DNA of 64,000 nucleotides from positions 111,788,531-111,852,530 of the forward strand of contig NC_090383.1 in NCBI RefSeq assembly GCF_036365525.1, read 5' to 3'. This document shows positions 35,566 to 48,234 of this stretch, piece by piece; positions within the stretch are counted from its first letter, which is position 1; each line of letters begins with the position of its first letter. The translations under genes were made by a program, and so were the position numbers. The notes beneath the pieces are model-generated. The model was not told the DNA's origin. It saw only the letters and a program-made list of their open reading frames with translations, and did no database searches. This DNA is from Heterodontus francisci. Its lineage: Eukaryota.

Positions 35566-35924
35566 ATCTGCAGTGATCAAATCACGTTTGCACAAAAGCG
35601 TCAGCTGTAAGTGGTGTGTGATGAGAAAAATTCCCTGTATGCAGCTAAGGATTTCATGGTGAATTCACGTTTTGCACACTAAACTGTAGAATGTGCGTAC
35701 AATGTTTTAACTGGCAATTCTACTAAAAACAAGCTATAATTTACTGAAATCCTATTACCAAATGTTTTGTAAACAACATTGTTGTAGTGTGATATAAAGA
35801 TTTAGGAATGTAGGGTAGGGTTGAGCATAGGAGTTCCAATGTACTGCATCAGATTGGTAGGGCAGGGGTTTGGTCTTGTGATCCTCTACAATGCAACCTC
35901 ATGCAAGTGGAGAAGTTAAGGATT

Positions 35925-37880
35925 GTATAAGATTAAAAGAAAAGGCCTATAAAGTTGCCAGATATAGTAGTACACCTGAGAATTGGAAGGATTTTAGAAT
36001 ACAGGAAAGGAGGACCAAGAAATTGATAAAGGGAGAATAGAATATGAATGTAAACTAGCAAAAAACATAAAAACAGACTGTAGAAGCTTCTATAGGTATG
36101 TAAAAAGGAAACTTTTGACTAAGACAAGTGTGGGTCCATTACATGCAGAATCAGGAGAATTTATAATGGGAAATAGAGAAATGGCAGAGAAGCTAATTGA
36201 TTACTATGTGTCTGTCTTCACTGAGGAAGATACAAGAAATCTCCCAGAATTAGAGATCCAAGGGACTAGGAAGAGTGAGGAATTGAAGGAAATTAGTATT
36301 AGTAAGAAGGTTGTATTGGAGAAATGAATGGGGCTGAAGGTTGATAAGTCCCCAGGACTTGATATTCTACATCCCAGAGCATTGAAAGAGGTAGCTATGG
36401 AGATAGTGGATGCATTGGTGATCACCTTCCAAAATTCTATGGATTCTGGAATGGTTCCTGCAGATTGGAAGGTAGCAAATGTCACCCCACTATTTAAGAA
36501 GGGAGGGAGGGAGAAAACAGGGAAGTACAGACCTGTTAGTAGTAGGGAAAATATTAAAATCTAAAGGATGTGATAAATGGACACTTGGGTAATAATGATC
36601 TGATTGGGCATAGTCAACATAGATTTATGAATGGGAAATCGTGTTTGACGAACCTGTTGGAGTTTTTTGCGGATGTTACTAACAGAATTGATAAAGGGGT
36701 GTCGGTGGACATAGTGTTGTTGGATTTTCAGAAGGCTTAAGTCCCACACAGAAGCTTGGTTAGCAAAATTAAAGCACATGGGATAGGAGATAATATTAAG
36801 GATTGGTTAACAGGCAGAAAACAGAGAGTAGGAATCAACAGGTCATTCCCATGTCGGAAGGCTGTGACTATTGGGGTACAGCAAGGATCAGTACTTGGAC
36901 CCCAGCTATTCACAATATATATCAATTATTTGGATGTGGGGACCAAATGTAATATTTCCAAGTTTGCAGACGACACAAAATGAGGTGGGAATATATGTTG
37001 TGAGGAAGATGCAAAGCGGCTTCAAGTGGATTGGGACAAAGTTAGTGAGTGGGCAAGAACGTGGCAGATGGAATATAATGTGGGAAGATGTGAGCTTATA
37101 CATTTTGGTAGGATGAACAGATGTGCAGTGTATTTCTTAAATGGTAAGAGATTAGAAAGTGTAGATGTACAAAGAGATCTTGGTGTCCTCATCAATAAGT
37201 CACTGACAGCTAACATGCAGGTGTTCAAGCAATTAAGGCTAATGGTATGTTCGCCTTTATCGCAAGAGGATTTGAGTACAGGAGTAGCAAAGTTTTGCTT
37301 CAATTGTATAGAAGCTTGGTTAGACTGCACCTGGAGTAGCGTGTGCAGTTTTGGTCCCCTTACCTTAGAAAGGATATTATTGCCATAGAAGGAATGCAAC
37401 AAAGGTTCACCAGATTTGTTCCTGAGATGGCAGGTCTGTCCTATGAAGAGAGATTGGGGAAACTGTGCCTATGTTCTCTAGTGTTTTGAAGAATGGGAGA
37501 GGATCTCATTGAAACCTACAAAATACTTAAAGGGATAGACAGGTAGATGCAGCTAAGATGTTTCCCTTGGTTGGGGAGTCTAGAACCAGGGGACATGATT
37601 TCAAAATAAGGGGGAAGCCACTTAGGACAGAGATGAGGAGAAATTTCTTTACTCGGAGGGTTGTGAATCTTTGGAATTCTCTACTCCCTGAGAGCTGTGG
37701 AAACTCAGTCATTGAGCATGTTTAAAACAGAGATTGACAGATTTAAAAATACCAATGACATAAGGGGATATGAGGAGAGTGTGGGGAAAAAGGCATTGAA
37801 GTGGATGATCAGTCATGATCGTACTGAATGGCGGAGCAGGCTTGATGGGCTGAATGGCCTACTCCTGCTCCAATGTTCCT
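35925..37880 (+). mobile_element. CR1 LINE RT fragment
   Basis: KSPGLDILHPRALKE, WKVANVTPLFKKG and KFADDTK motifs, plus CR1 tail. Confidence 0.9.
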
Positions 37881-38659
37881 AAGACAGACCATGTGCTTTA
37901 CCACAGGAAGGGAAGCTTATCCTGACAATTTACATGTATGCTCCAAGTTTTGCATCAAAGCTTAGCAATCTCTGCTTTGTTACAATGTTAAACTCGTAAA
38001 TGTAAATCAGTATTCAGTGCCAAATCTGAAGCAGAGAGACTCACTGAGGACGACGACTTGGATGCATTTGTGTTTGACACCATGGAGTGCAAATACAGTC
38101 AAACCAGTTTTACAAAGTACTTGTTGGACCTCCAGCCCTTTTTAAAACTCTATCTGGTATTAATTTAGACTGGAAAAGAAATCTTTCCTTTCCTGTCTCA
38201 GCACTAATATTTTTAACTACTGGGGAAAGAGCATATGCAGGACAAACAGAGTTACAGCCAGACAGGAGCCAAGTGATGTAAACAGGGTATAGCCTGGCTG
38301 AAACCTAACTGCAGCAGTAGGTGTAAGTCCCATTCCAGAGATTTGAACATATAATCTGGCCAACACTCCAGTGGAGTTTTGAGGGAATGCTGCAGTCTGA
38401 GCTGCCATCCTTTGTATGAGATGTTAAACTGAGGCCATGTCTGATATATCTCCATTTTCACAGAAGTAATGGCAGAGGTCCAGTCTGCTCTCGAATGGGT
38501 GTGGATTGATGGCTCACTAAAGGACAAAGACTAGAAAACTCACCCATCCACAAGAAATTACTTCCAGCAAACACAATTTAGAAACAAGTTACTTAATTTA
38601 ACAAAACTTACACTGACATTTAATTTTATGATTCAATTCCACAAAGAGTAATTTTCACT

Positions 38660-39410
38660 TCTGTTGCAAGTAACATTCGTGCTACACAAGTGCCAGGCAA
38701 TGACCATCTCCAGCAAGAGAGAATTTAAACATCTCCCCATGACATTCAACGGCTTTACCATCGCCAAATCCCCCACTATCAACCTCTTGGGGTTATCATT
38801 AACCAGAAACTTAGCTGGACCAGCCACAGAAATACTGTGGTACAAGAGCAGGTGGGAGACTGGGAAATCTGCAGTGAATAACTCACCTCCTAACTCCCCA
38901 AAGCCTTTCCACCACTAAATGGCACAAGACAGGAGAGATGGAACACTCTCCACCTGCCTGGATGATTACAGCTCCAACAGCACTCAAGGAGCTCGACAAC
39001 ATCCAGAACAAAGCAGCCCGTTTGATCTGCACCCCATCTACCAACAGCAGCAGCAGTGTCCATCATCTACAACATGCAGTCCAGCAACTCACCAAGGCTC
39101 CTTCAACAGCACCTTCCAAACCTACAACCTCTATCATCTAAAAGATATCACCACATGGGAACACCACCACCTGCAAGTTCCCCTCCAAGTCACTCACCAT
39201 CCTGACTTGGAACTATATTGTCGTTCCTTTACTATTGCTGGGTCAAAATCTTGAAACCTGCCCTCCTAACAGCATTGTGGGGGTACCTACAACACAAGGA
39301 CTGCAGCGGTTCAAGGCTGAGGCTCACAGCCACCTTATCAAGGGCAATTAGGATTGACAATAAATGCTGGCCTGGCCAGCGATGCCCACATTCCATGAAT
39401 AAATTAAAAA
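38660..39410 (+). mobile_element. 3' fragment of the 32865-type LINE
   Basis: QVTFVLHKCQAMTIS and MEHSPPAWM motifs; same tail. Confidence 0.8.
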
Positions 39411-40253
39411 TTATTCCTGGCATCAAATGTGTGTAAATGATAATGCTGCATCATTTGATACTGAAGAGGTCAATGTGATAGTTAACAATCAAAATATGTG
39501 TGTTATACTATGACAAAAATTTCTTAAGAACAACAAAAAAAAATTCAACAGCAGCCGTGGTCAATGTTCAGTGTATAACATACTAAATCTCTTTACTGGG
39601 ATCATCTCAAAGCTAACCAATTTAGCTTGCAACAAATTTATGGGTTGCAGTGCAGATCTGACTGGTATAAAAGCTGCTCTTTTTAAAGTTTTTCCTTTTT
39701 GGTAAATACAACTGGCAAAAAGAATAAAATGTCGTTCTCCATTTTTGGGGGTGAATTTTATAATTAATGCATTGTCATATAATTTCTGAAGTACAGAAGA
39801 AATCAACAGCATTTTCAAGATTCATAATCATATTTATTAGAAAAATACTAATAGCAAAACTGATGCCATTGCAGCTGTCGATGAGTGGGAAATCTGCCTG
39901 TTATTTTGTACAAGAGCTACATTATTCTTCCGAAACTGAATTCTATCTTCACATGATGCAAGACAGTTGTCTCGTCTATATGTATGAAGTCACTGAATAC
40001 GATTTTGACCATAAATAGCAGCCAAGCGATTGTTAGATGGAGATTTTGAACTTTATGAATGATTGCCTTTATGATCAGAGAATACATCACAATCTTGCTT
40101 CCTTGCATATTTTACCTGTGACTGTGAACCTCTCTCAGGAGGTTGTGGCAGAGTGCATATCAGTGCAAACTGTAAAAGTTTTGTCAGATGGAACAACATC
40201 AAATGGCTGACGAGCCAGTACCCCATACTTGTGCTCAGATATTTCCAACATAT

Positions 40254-40360
40254 TTATGTGTTCCATTTGAGCTGTTGAAAGATACAAGCTGTAAACTGTT
40301 CTATCATCCATCCAACGAAAATGACAGACAATGCAAACCTCCTGCTGCTATTCAGCACAA
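40254..40360 (-). CDS. ARV1: ARV1 last coding exon
   Basis: Acceptor ttcttacag, phase 1. (V)VLNSSRRFALSVIFVGWMIEQFTACIFQQLKWNT* aligns with the recalled ARV1 C-terminal TM segment. Total CDS 699 nt = 232 aa. Confidence 0.88.
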
Positions 40361-40689
40361 CTGTAAGAAGAAACAAACCATAAGATGACATTTTCACATT
40401 TAAAGGCTTAAAATAAATGCAGGACATATTCAGGAACATACCATTACTTGCTTGTTACACAGTTAAATATATGTTTAGATTGGACCGTGAACTAAAACAA
40501 ACAGTTAGGATTATGAATTATTTGTGAAGGTGTTGTGCCATTGCTAATTCACAGTCTGGTGTCTAGAGATTGGAGGCTCAACCAGTTAAGAGTGCAGAAA
40601 GAAAAAGAAAATTAAAAGATGGTGCACTGTTATTATGGGAATGGGTGAAGATCAAAATAAGCTGTTGACTGGAGGAATATGGGAAGAAA

Positions 40690-41110
40690 CAAAGAATTTG
40701 CATTTATATAGCACCTTTCACAACCTAACAACATCCCAAAGTGTTTTATAGCTATTGAAGTGCAGTTACTGTGGTAACATAGACAACATGGCAGTCAGTT
40801 TGTACATAGCAAGATCTCGCAAATAGCATCTTGTTTTGTTGATGTTGATTGATGGATTAATATTCACCATAACAGTGAGTACTCCCCTGCTCTTCATCAA
40901 AATAGTACTGTGGGATTTTGTTTTTGCATCTACACAGCAGCACAGAGAACTGATTTAACATCCCATTTGAAACACAGCACCTTTGACATTACAGCACTCA
41001 CTCAGTACTGCACTGGAGCATCAACTTGGATTATGTGCTCAAGTCTCTAGTGAGACATGAACCCACAATCTTCTGACTCAGAAGTGAGAGTGCGATCACT
41101 CAGCCAAGAC
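40690..41110 (-). mobile_element. Degenerate Deu-domain SINE, near full length
   Basis: Tail TTGCATTTATATAGCACCTTT through to the tRNA-like head, on the minus strand. Confidence 0.6.
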
Positions 41111-42709
41111 TGAAATATACAAAGAAAAAAAAATAATGCAAAGGAACTGCACAAAATTCAGCTTGAGAGACAGGAAAAAAGTAATTAAAAAAAAGTGGGT
41201 ACTCAGTTTCGCAGAGATAAAAAAAATTCAGACAGCGTAGCAAGTGTCTGATTGTTCTGCACAGACCATTTAATCATGAACACTATGTGGTTCGTGCGAC
41301 AGATCAGGATTCAACCATGTTTAATATCCCACGAATGTCTGCATGGTATACATTTTTTGGGGACAGGAGCTGTGGAGGTTGCAGTTGTGCCAGTATTGTG
41401 ACCACTTTAAACTTACTTCTGCTTGTTGGAAGAAGCAATCTCAATGCAATACGGTACATTTAATATCTGGATTAGGACTCCTTCAGCATGATGATATATT
41501 AAACAAACTGACTAACAAAAAGTGGAAAGGAAAGGTAGTGTACTTTATGTCCTGTATATATCTCAAAAACTGTCAAACGAATGGTGAACTACTATCGAAG
41601 TTTTTCACAAGTATCAGTACAAAAAGCCTTCAGCAAATGACATCTCCATATCCAATAAAGTGTTGCAAATCATATCACTGCAGATACAGAAAAAAAGAAA
41701 AATAATTAAGGGCTGAGAATTGAGGAATTCCGCCTGGTGGGAACCAGGGTGGTCACACCCAAAAATGCTGGAACATGACTTACTGCCTTGCTTCAGCCAC
41801 TGGTGGAGCTGATGCCACCTTCCCAAGGGCTTGCCTGTGTTAGGCAGTGGACCCTTTTAATATACAAATGAGTTGTAGGACTATATAGGGACCCCAATTG
41901 CCATTTTAGGGCTCAAATGCACTATATTATTTCACTCCTACTTCAAGTCTACTCTTGCCATAGATAGAAAGTGAAGAATTTTTCATTCTTCTACAATGTT
42001 GGTTCATAAGACCATTGTGCAAAATATTTTAAAAAAAAAACTCATCCATGTTTTTGGCACTTTGAGTGCAGACAGACGCAGAACACATTTTCTCACCCTG
42101 GAACCTGCTGAAGCTTGGAAAAGGGTAGCTACAATCTAGCCTAAGGTGAAAGACTCAGGTATTCAAAAACTGGACAGGTCTGACTGATAAAAATCTGATC
42201 ACTGCACAAAAGGAATGGTTTCAATCATGAATTGCTATCCAAATTTTTAAAAATCCACAGCTTTTAATGATGAAAGTTATCAAATGTCTGTTCTCCAAAA
42301 CCAGTTAACCTAATTTAGAGTAAATACAAATCGACAGTACAAAACTGCTGTCACAATGTTGTATTAGCAGTAAACATAACTTTTGCAAAATTAAGTTTAC
42401 CACATTCCAAATCTTTCTGAAGAATTGATTGGAGGGAATAAGTCATGTGGATGATGTTACATGCAAAACAACAGCGCATTCATATCAATTGTCAGCATTC
42501 ATTGTAAATTTATGTTAATCTATCGGCAGATATTTATATTTTATCATGTTTGAACACTACAGTTTCAAACTGTATCTTTAGTAACTTATTTTACATTGCA
42601 AGCTCACCAGATTTCAGAATGAAATATGGCTAACACAGAAGGCCATGATCATAACATTTCTTCAAATCATGTTCATTAAATAGTCAATCTGATATCATGA
42701 GCAAGTTAC

Positions 42710-42934
42710 CTCTGACAGCTTGTGTGTTTGACGCAAGCACAAAGAATTTGATGAGGTTAATGTATAGCGGTGAGTAGTCATGTTCCCAGATCACAGCTGG
42801 AATCACAAGGAGTTTCCCATAACCAGACAATAATAAGGCTATTAGCAGCATGTTGAGATTTGATTTTTTCTGGATGAAATCTGCTTTTGTTAACCACAAG
42901 AAGAGAAACGCCCCACTTAGGAATGCTGCTAGCT
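42710..42934 (-). CDS. ARV1: ARV1 coding exon 4
   Basis: (E)LAAFLSGAFLFLWLTKADFIQKKSNLNMLLIALLLSGYGKLLVIPAVIWEHDYSPLYINLIKFFVLASNTQAVR. 225 nt, phase 1/1. Confidence 0.95.
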
Positions 42935-43014
42935 CTAGAAAAAGAAAACCAACATTACACCACCTTTGCCTAATTTTTTTGTGGCTGTTGTAAGCGACAC
43001 TTTAAAAAAAAAAC

Positions 43015-44050
43015 AAGCTTCATTTATGTACTGCCTTTAATGTAGTAAAACGTCACTAGCTGCTTCACAGGAGCATTATCAAATACATTTCGACACCGAG
43101 GCATTTAAAGAGATATTAGGTCAGGGGACCAAAAACTTTGTCAAAGAGGTGTCTTAAAGAAGAGAGAGGTAGAGAGATTTCAGGAGAAAATTCCAGAACT
43201 TAGGGCCTCAGCAGCTGAAGGCACGGCTGCCAATGGTGGAACAATTAAAATCGGGGATGTGCAAGAGGCCAGATTCAGAGCAATGCAGAAAACTCAGAAG
43301 GTTGTGGGAGCTGCAGGAGGTTTTCGATATAGGGTGGGGCTAGGCCACAGATGGATTTGAAAACAAAAATGACAATTTTAAAATCAAGGCATTGCCAGAC
43401 AAGGGGCCAATATAGGTCAGTGAGCACAGGGGCGATAGGTGAGTGGGACATGGTGCGTTAGGAGTTTTGGATGAGCACAAGTTTATACAGAGATAAGAGG
43501 CTGGCCAGGAGAGTACTGGAATTGTCAAGTCCAGAGGTAACAAAGGCAGGGATGAGGGTTTCAGCAAATGAGCTGAGGCAGGAGCAGAGATGGCTGACGT
43601 TACGGAGGTGCAAGTAGGCAGCCTTGATGGAGTGGACATGTGTTTGGAAGCTTGTCTCAGGGTCAAAGATGACGCCAAGATTTTGAACGGTCTGGTTGAG
43701 AAATGGAATCAGTGACTAAGGAATGGAGTTTATCGTGGGTTTGAAGACAATGAGCTAAATCGTCCCAATATTTAGTTGGCAGGAAGTTTATATTCATCCA
43801 GTACTGGATGTCAGACAAGCTGTGTGATAAATCAGAGAGTGGAGGGGTCAAGAGAGGTGGTGCTGAGGTAGAGCTGGGTGTCATCAGCCCACACGTGGAG
43901 TCACACAATGTTCTTGGATGATGTCGCCAAGGGGTAGCATGTAGATGAGAATTAGGATGGGACCAAGGATAGATTCTTTGGGGGGCTCTAGAAGTTAATG
44001 GGTGAGAGTGTGTGACGGGAAGGCAATCAAGGTTATTCTCTGACTATGAG
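43015..44050 (-). mobile_element. Degenerate L2 LINE 3' fragment
   Basis: LSDIQYWMNINFL-type RT C-terminal remnants and an L2-type tail. A related piece lies at ~28905-29375. Confidence 0.7.
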
Positions 44051-44892
44051 TGGTATAATTCGTACAAAGTACAACTGATGATTCAATTCGCTTTTTGGAA
44101 GTACTATATTCTTCAATTAGTTTCAATTATCTGGTAATCTGAATTTCTGAGATCACATTCCCATTTTAAAATGTTATTTAAATTGCTTAACTCAAACAAT
44201 TGGATAATCCTATTTTTTTAGTGCAAAAAAAATCTTTGTTGTTGTTTCTCCTCTCCAGCTCATCTGTTTGCCCAAGTCACATTCACCATGGTCAAGATCT
44301 GTCCCCTCGACAAAAATACATAAAAGGGGCCTGGGCTATAAAGGCCACCTTAAAAAAAAAGGGGGCTAGATATAGAGTAAAACTCCATCTACACTGTCCC
44401 CATCAAACACTTCCAGCACAGGTACAGCATGGGGAAGAAAAAGAGAAAAAAAATGGTCAAGATCTGCTTTTCATGTTTGCAACAATGTTGCTCAAGGTCC
44501 ATTGCTAAGAGGACAACTGTGTTTCCCTTTGACTTTCCGTCACCAATTGTGGCAGAGGCTTCCTTGCAGCAGCGTAAAGACTGGGAATTTAAAAGCACAC
44601 AGGATCAAATGTTCATCTCCTAGTTGAATGTGGGGGGTGCGGTATGGGGGAATGTGAATTATGAAATGGAGAGGAAGAGAAATGAGGACTGAGGATGCCA
44701 CTATCTGTTTAGGTCAAATTGGACTTTGTTTTATGAAACAAGGACCAGGTCTACATATATACATGATATCTTCTCAACAGAGTTGTGAAGACTAACAGGT
44801 TCCTTCCAGTCCATGTGACGGATATTCCTTCACCCATGAAGAATGAACATTTAAGATGACTTTTCTTAAAAATGGAAATATAGTGGTCTTAC

Positions 44893-45046
44893 CCAAACTA
44901 GCTAATCCAAACATTTGGTAGAAGTCCCACTCTTTGGCATAACGAATTATATCTGTAGGATCAACAGTTTGCTGTGAATCCTGTAGCTGTGACCACCTAA
45001 GGTATGCTTCACACAACAAGCAGAAAATACACAGCTTCCAATGAAT
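44893..45046 (-). CDS. ARV1: ARV1 coding exon 3
   Basis: [51 protein letters not shown]. 154 nt, phase 0/1. Confidence 0.96.
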
Positions 45047-45386
45047 CTGAAGGAAAAGTTTACAAAAAATACAATGGATTAACAATGCCGATATTGTAAA
45101 AGGTGAAAACAAGAATTACACATGAATAATGTAACCTAAGGAGGGTGCTGGAGGGCACTTGGAACCTATAAACTTAAACCCTCAATAAAGAGGCCTTCAG
45201 GAGGGAAAAGCGAAAATTGTGAGGGGAAATAAAACATGTAAATTACTGTCACCAGAGGATGTTTTCATCAATAGTTACATGTAACTGAAAAATATCAGTC
45301 ACATGATGCACAAAAAGGATACTTGTGTTGTATTTTACTGTAACTACCAAGGAATTCACTGTGAATTAATACTGCAAAGTACTTAC

Positions 45387-45506
45387 ATTAATCTTGGTAT
45401 TGAGGATTATATGCCTATAAGCTTGAACTTTGCATAAGATTGCATCAATCAGAATGATCACTGGGTCATATTCAATGTACTTGTCAACTGGTTTCTGGCA
45501 TGATTT
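45387..45506 (-). CDS. ARV1: ARV1 coding exon 2
   Basis: [40 protein letters not shown]. 120 nt with ttccag acceptor and GTAAGT donor. Confidence 0.96.
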
Positions 45507-46761
45507 CTGGAAGAAAAAAATCATTTTTTCAGTCCTATTGATCATTCATTGCTGTAACTATTAGGATAAAATTTACTGGATGACAATTATTGATTTGTAG
45601 AAGAATTACATGTCAAACACTACAGTGACCCTGGAGCTATTATGTCATCATACATTAATGAAAAAAAACACTTTGGTTAAATGAAATACAAGTTAAGAAA
45701 TGTAATGCTGTGCAATAAATTGTTAATTTATTTCATACCCTCCAAAAAATGGATGTAGACCTATGGAGCACGGGCCAAAATTTAAATTACGTGCCACTCT
45801 TCCACTTGGGAGTTATGAGTTTGTCTTTTTTTAATATTCATTCGGCATAAGGAACAGTTGCATTATTGGAGATGCTATTTTTTGGATAAGATCTTAAACC
45901 AAAGCTCCAACTGCCTTGTTCATGACAAACAGCAGGAGTATTCTCCCAGCATCCTGGCAAAGATTTACCCCTCAATCAACATCAGCAAAACAGATTAACT
46001 GGCTATTTCTCTCATTGTTGTTTGTCGAAACGTACTGTGTACAAACTGATTGCCAGGTTTCTTTACCTTACCATTGTCCAAAGAAAACGAACAACCGGGC
46101 TGGGAAGCACATTGGGATACTCTGAGGTAGCAAAAAGTGCTTTATAATTGCAATTTCTTACTTTCATAACATCTAGGAGGTTACTATTGACCAGAAGCTT
46201 AATTGGACCAGCCATATCAATAATGTGGCTACAATAACAGGGTAGAAAGTGACATTTGGATTACCTCCTGATCAGCTCAATGCCTCTCCACCATCTAAAG
46301 ACTAAAGTTAGGAGTGTGATGGGATATTCACCACTTATCTGGATTGGTGCAGGTGCAAAAACACTCAAGAAGCTTAACACCATTCTGCATTCCCTCCCCA
46401 TTACTTGAGTCACATATTCCCTGCCCTGACGTGGACCTCGTTAAAGAAACAACGTGCATTTATACAGTGCCTTTCATGACCTCAGGACATCGAAAATGCT
46501 TTGCAGCCAACAAAGCACTTATGTTTTAGTTTTAGAGATACAGCACTGAAACAGACCCTTCGGCCCACCGAGTCTGTGCCGACCATCAACCACCCATTTA
46601 TACTAATCCTACACTAATCCCATATTCCTACCACATCCCCACCTGTCCCTATATTTCCCTACCACCTACCTATACTAAAGGCAATTTATAATGGCCAATT
46701 TACCTACCAACCTGCAAGTCTTTAGGCTTGTGGGAGGAAACCGGAGCACCCGGAGAAAACC

Positions 46762-47355
46762 GGGTGCGGCACAGTGGCGCAGTGGTTAGCACTGCAGCCT
46801 CACAGCTCCAGGGACCCGGGTTCGATTCCGGGTACTGCCTGTGTGGAGTTTGCAAGTTCTCCCTGTGTCTGCGTGGGTTTTCTCCGGGTGCTCCGGTTTC
46901 CTCCCACAAGCCAAAAGACTTGCAGGTTGATAGGTAAATTGGCCATTATAAATTGTCACTAGTATAGGTAGGTGGTAGGGAAATATAGGAACAGGTGGGG
47001 ATGTTTGGTAGGAATATGGGATTAGTATAGGATTAGTATAAATCGAAGTCGAAGAGACTTAGTAGTTGGCAGGAAAAAAGACAGAGGCGCAAGGGGAGAG
47101 CCAACTGTGCAACAGCCCCAACAAACAAATTTCTCTGCAGCACCTGTGGAAGAGCCTGTCACTCCAGAATTGGCCTTTATAGCCACTCCAGGCGCTGCTT
47201 CACAAACCACTGACCACCTCCAGGCGCGTATCCATTGTCTCTCGAGATAAGGAGGCCCAAAAGAAAGAAAGTATAAATGGGTGGTTGATGTTCGGCACAG
47301 ACTCGGTGGGCCGAAGGGCCTGTTTCAGTGCTGTATCTCTGATCTAATCTAATCT
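46762..47355 (+). mobile_element. HE1-type V-SINE (inner copy, full length, itself split by an RTE fragment)
   Basis: Intact A box TGGCGCAGTGG and B box GGTTCGATTCC, V-domain, and (AATCT)n-like tail. Confidence 0.9.
47044..47269 (+). mobile_element. RTE 3'-end fragment inserted into a SINE
   Basis: Matches ~60170-60386. TSD AGTATAAAT at 47035-47043 / 47270-47278. Confidence 0.92.
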
Positions 47356-48234
47356 AAAACCCACGCAGACACAGGGAGAACTTGCAAACTCCACACAGGC
47401 AGTACCCAGAATTGAACCCGGGCCGCTGGAGCTGTGAGGAGAGTTCCAAAGACTCCTGACCCTCAGAAAAAGAAGATCTCATCTCTGTTTTCAATGGGCG
47501 ACCCCTTATTTTTAAATAGTGACTCTAGTTCTAGATTCTCCCACAAGAGGAAGCATGCTTTCCACATGCACCCTGTGTAGACTCCTCAGGTTCTTTTATA
47601 TTTCAATCAAGTCGTGGCTTACTCTTCTAAACTCCAGGATACAAACCCAGACTGTCCAACCTTTCCTCATAAGACAACATGCGATTATTTTGAAGTGTAG
47701 TTGCTGTTACAAATAGGAACGTGGGAGTAGGCCATTTAATCCCTTGAGCCTGTTGCACCATTCAATGAGATCATGGCTGATCTGCGACCAAACCCCACGT
47801 ACTCGCCTTTGCCCCATATTCCTGAATACCTTTGATTATCTCAGTTTTAAAATTAATAACTGATCTAGCATCAATTACCATTTGCAGAAGAGAGTACCAC
47901 ACTAAATATAGAAAACACAGCAGCCAATGTGCACACAGTCAAGTCCCACAAACAATGAGATAAATGACCAAGTAATCTATTTTGGTTATGGTGATTGAGA
48001 ATAAATATTGGTCGGGACACTGGTGAAAATTCTTCTATCTTCTTTAAGTAGTACTGTAGGATCCTTTACATCTACCTGAGACATCAGATCTGAGAGCAGC
48101 ACTTCCTCAGTAGTGCACTGGAGTGTTAGCCTAGACTATGTGCTCAAGTTGTTGTCTTTGAACCCATGACCTTCTGACTCAGAAGTAAGAGTGTTACCCA
48201 CAAAACCACAGCTGACACTGTTGCTGGGTCGAAA

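Larger units (their letters stand above)
46524..47440 (-). mobile_element. HE1-type V-SINE (outer copy), split by an inner SINE
   Basis: The two halves 46524-46761 and 47356-47440 join into one minus-strand SINE. AAAACC is duplicated at the break. Confidence 0.88.

Noticed and set aside
39786-40115. Possible intron in the ARV1 3'UTR
   Set aside because: Splice-like sites exist, but the donor is about 138 nt past the stop and cannot be supported without transcript data.
41600-41680. Strong minus-strand acceptor as ARV1 last exon
   Set aside because: Gives V-I-stop immediately, whereas the 40360 acceptor yields the homologous C-terminus.
46762-46835. tRNA-like sequence with A and B boxes
   Set aside because: It is the SINE head and continues into the V-domain; not a tRNA gene.
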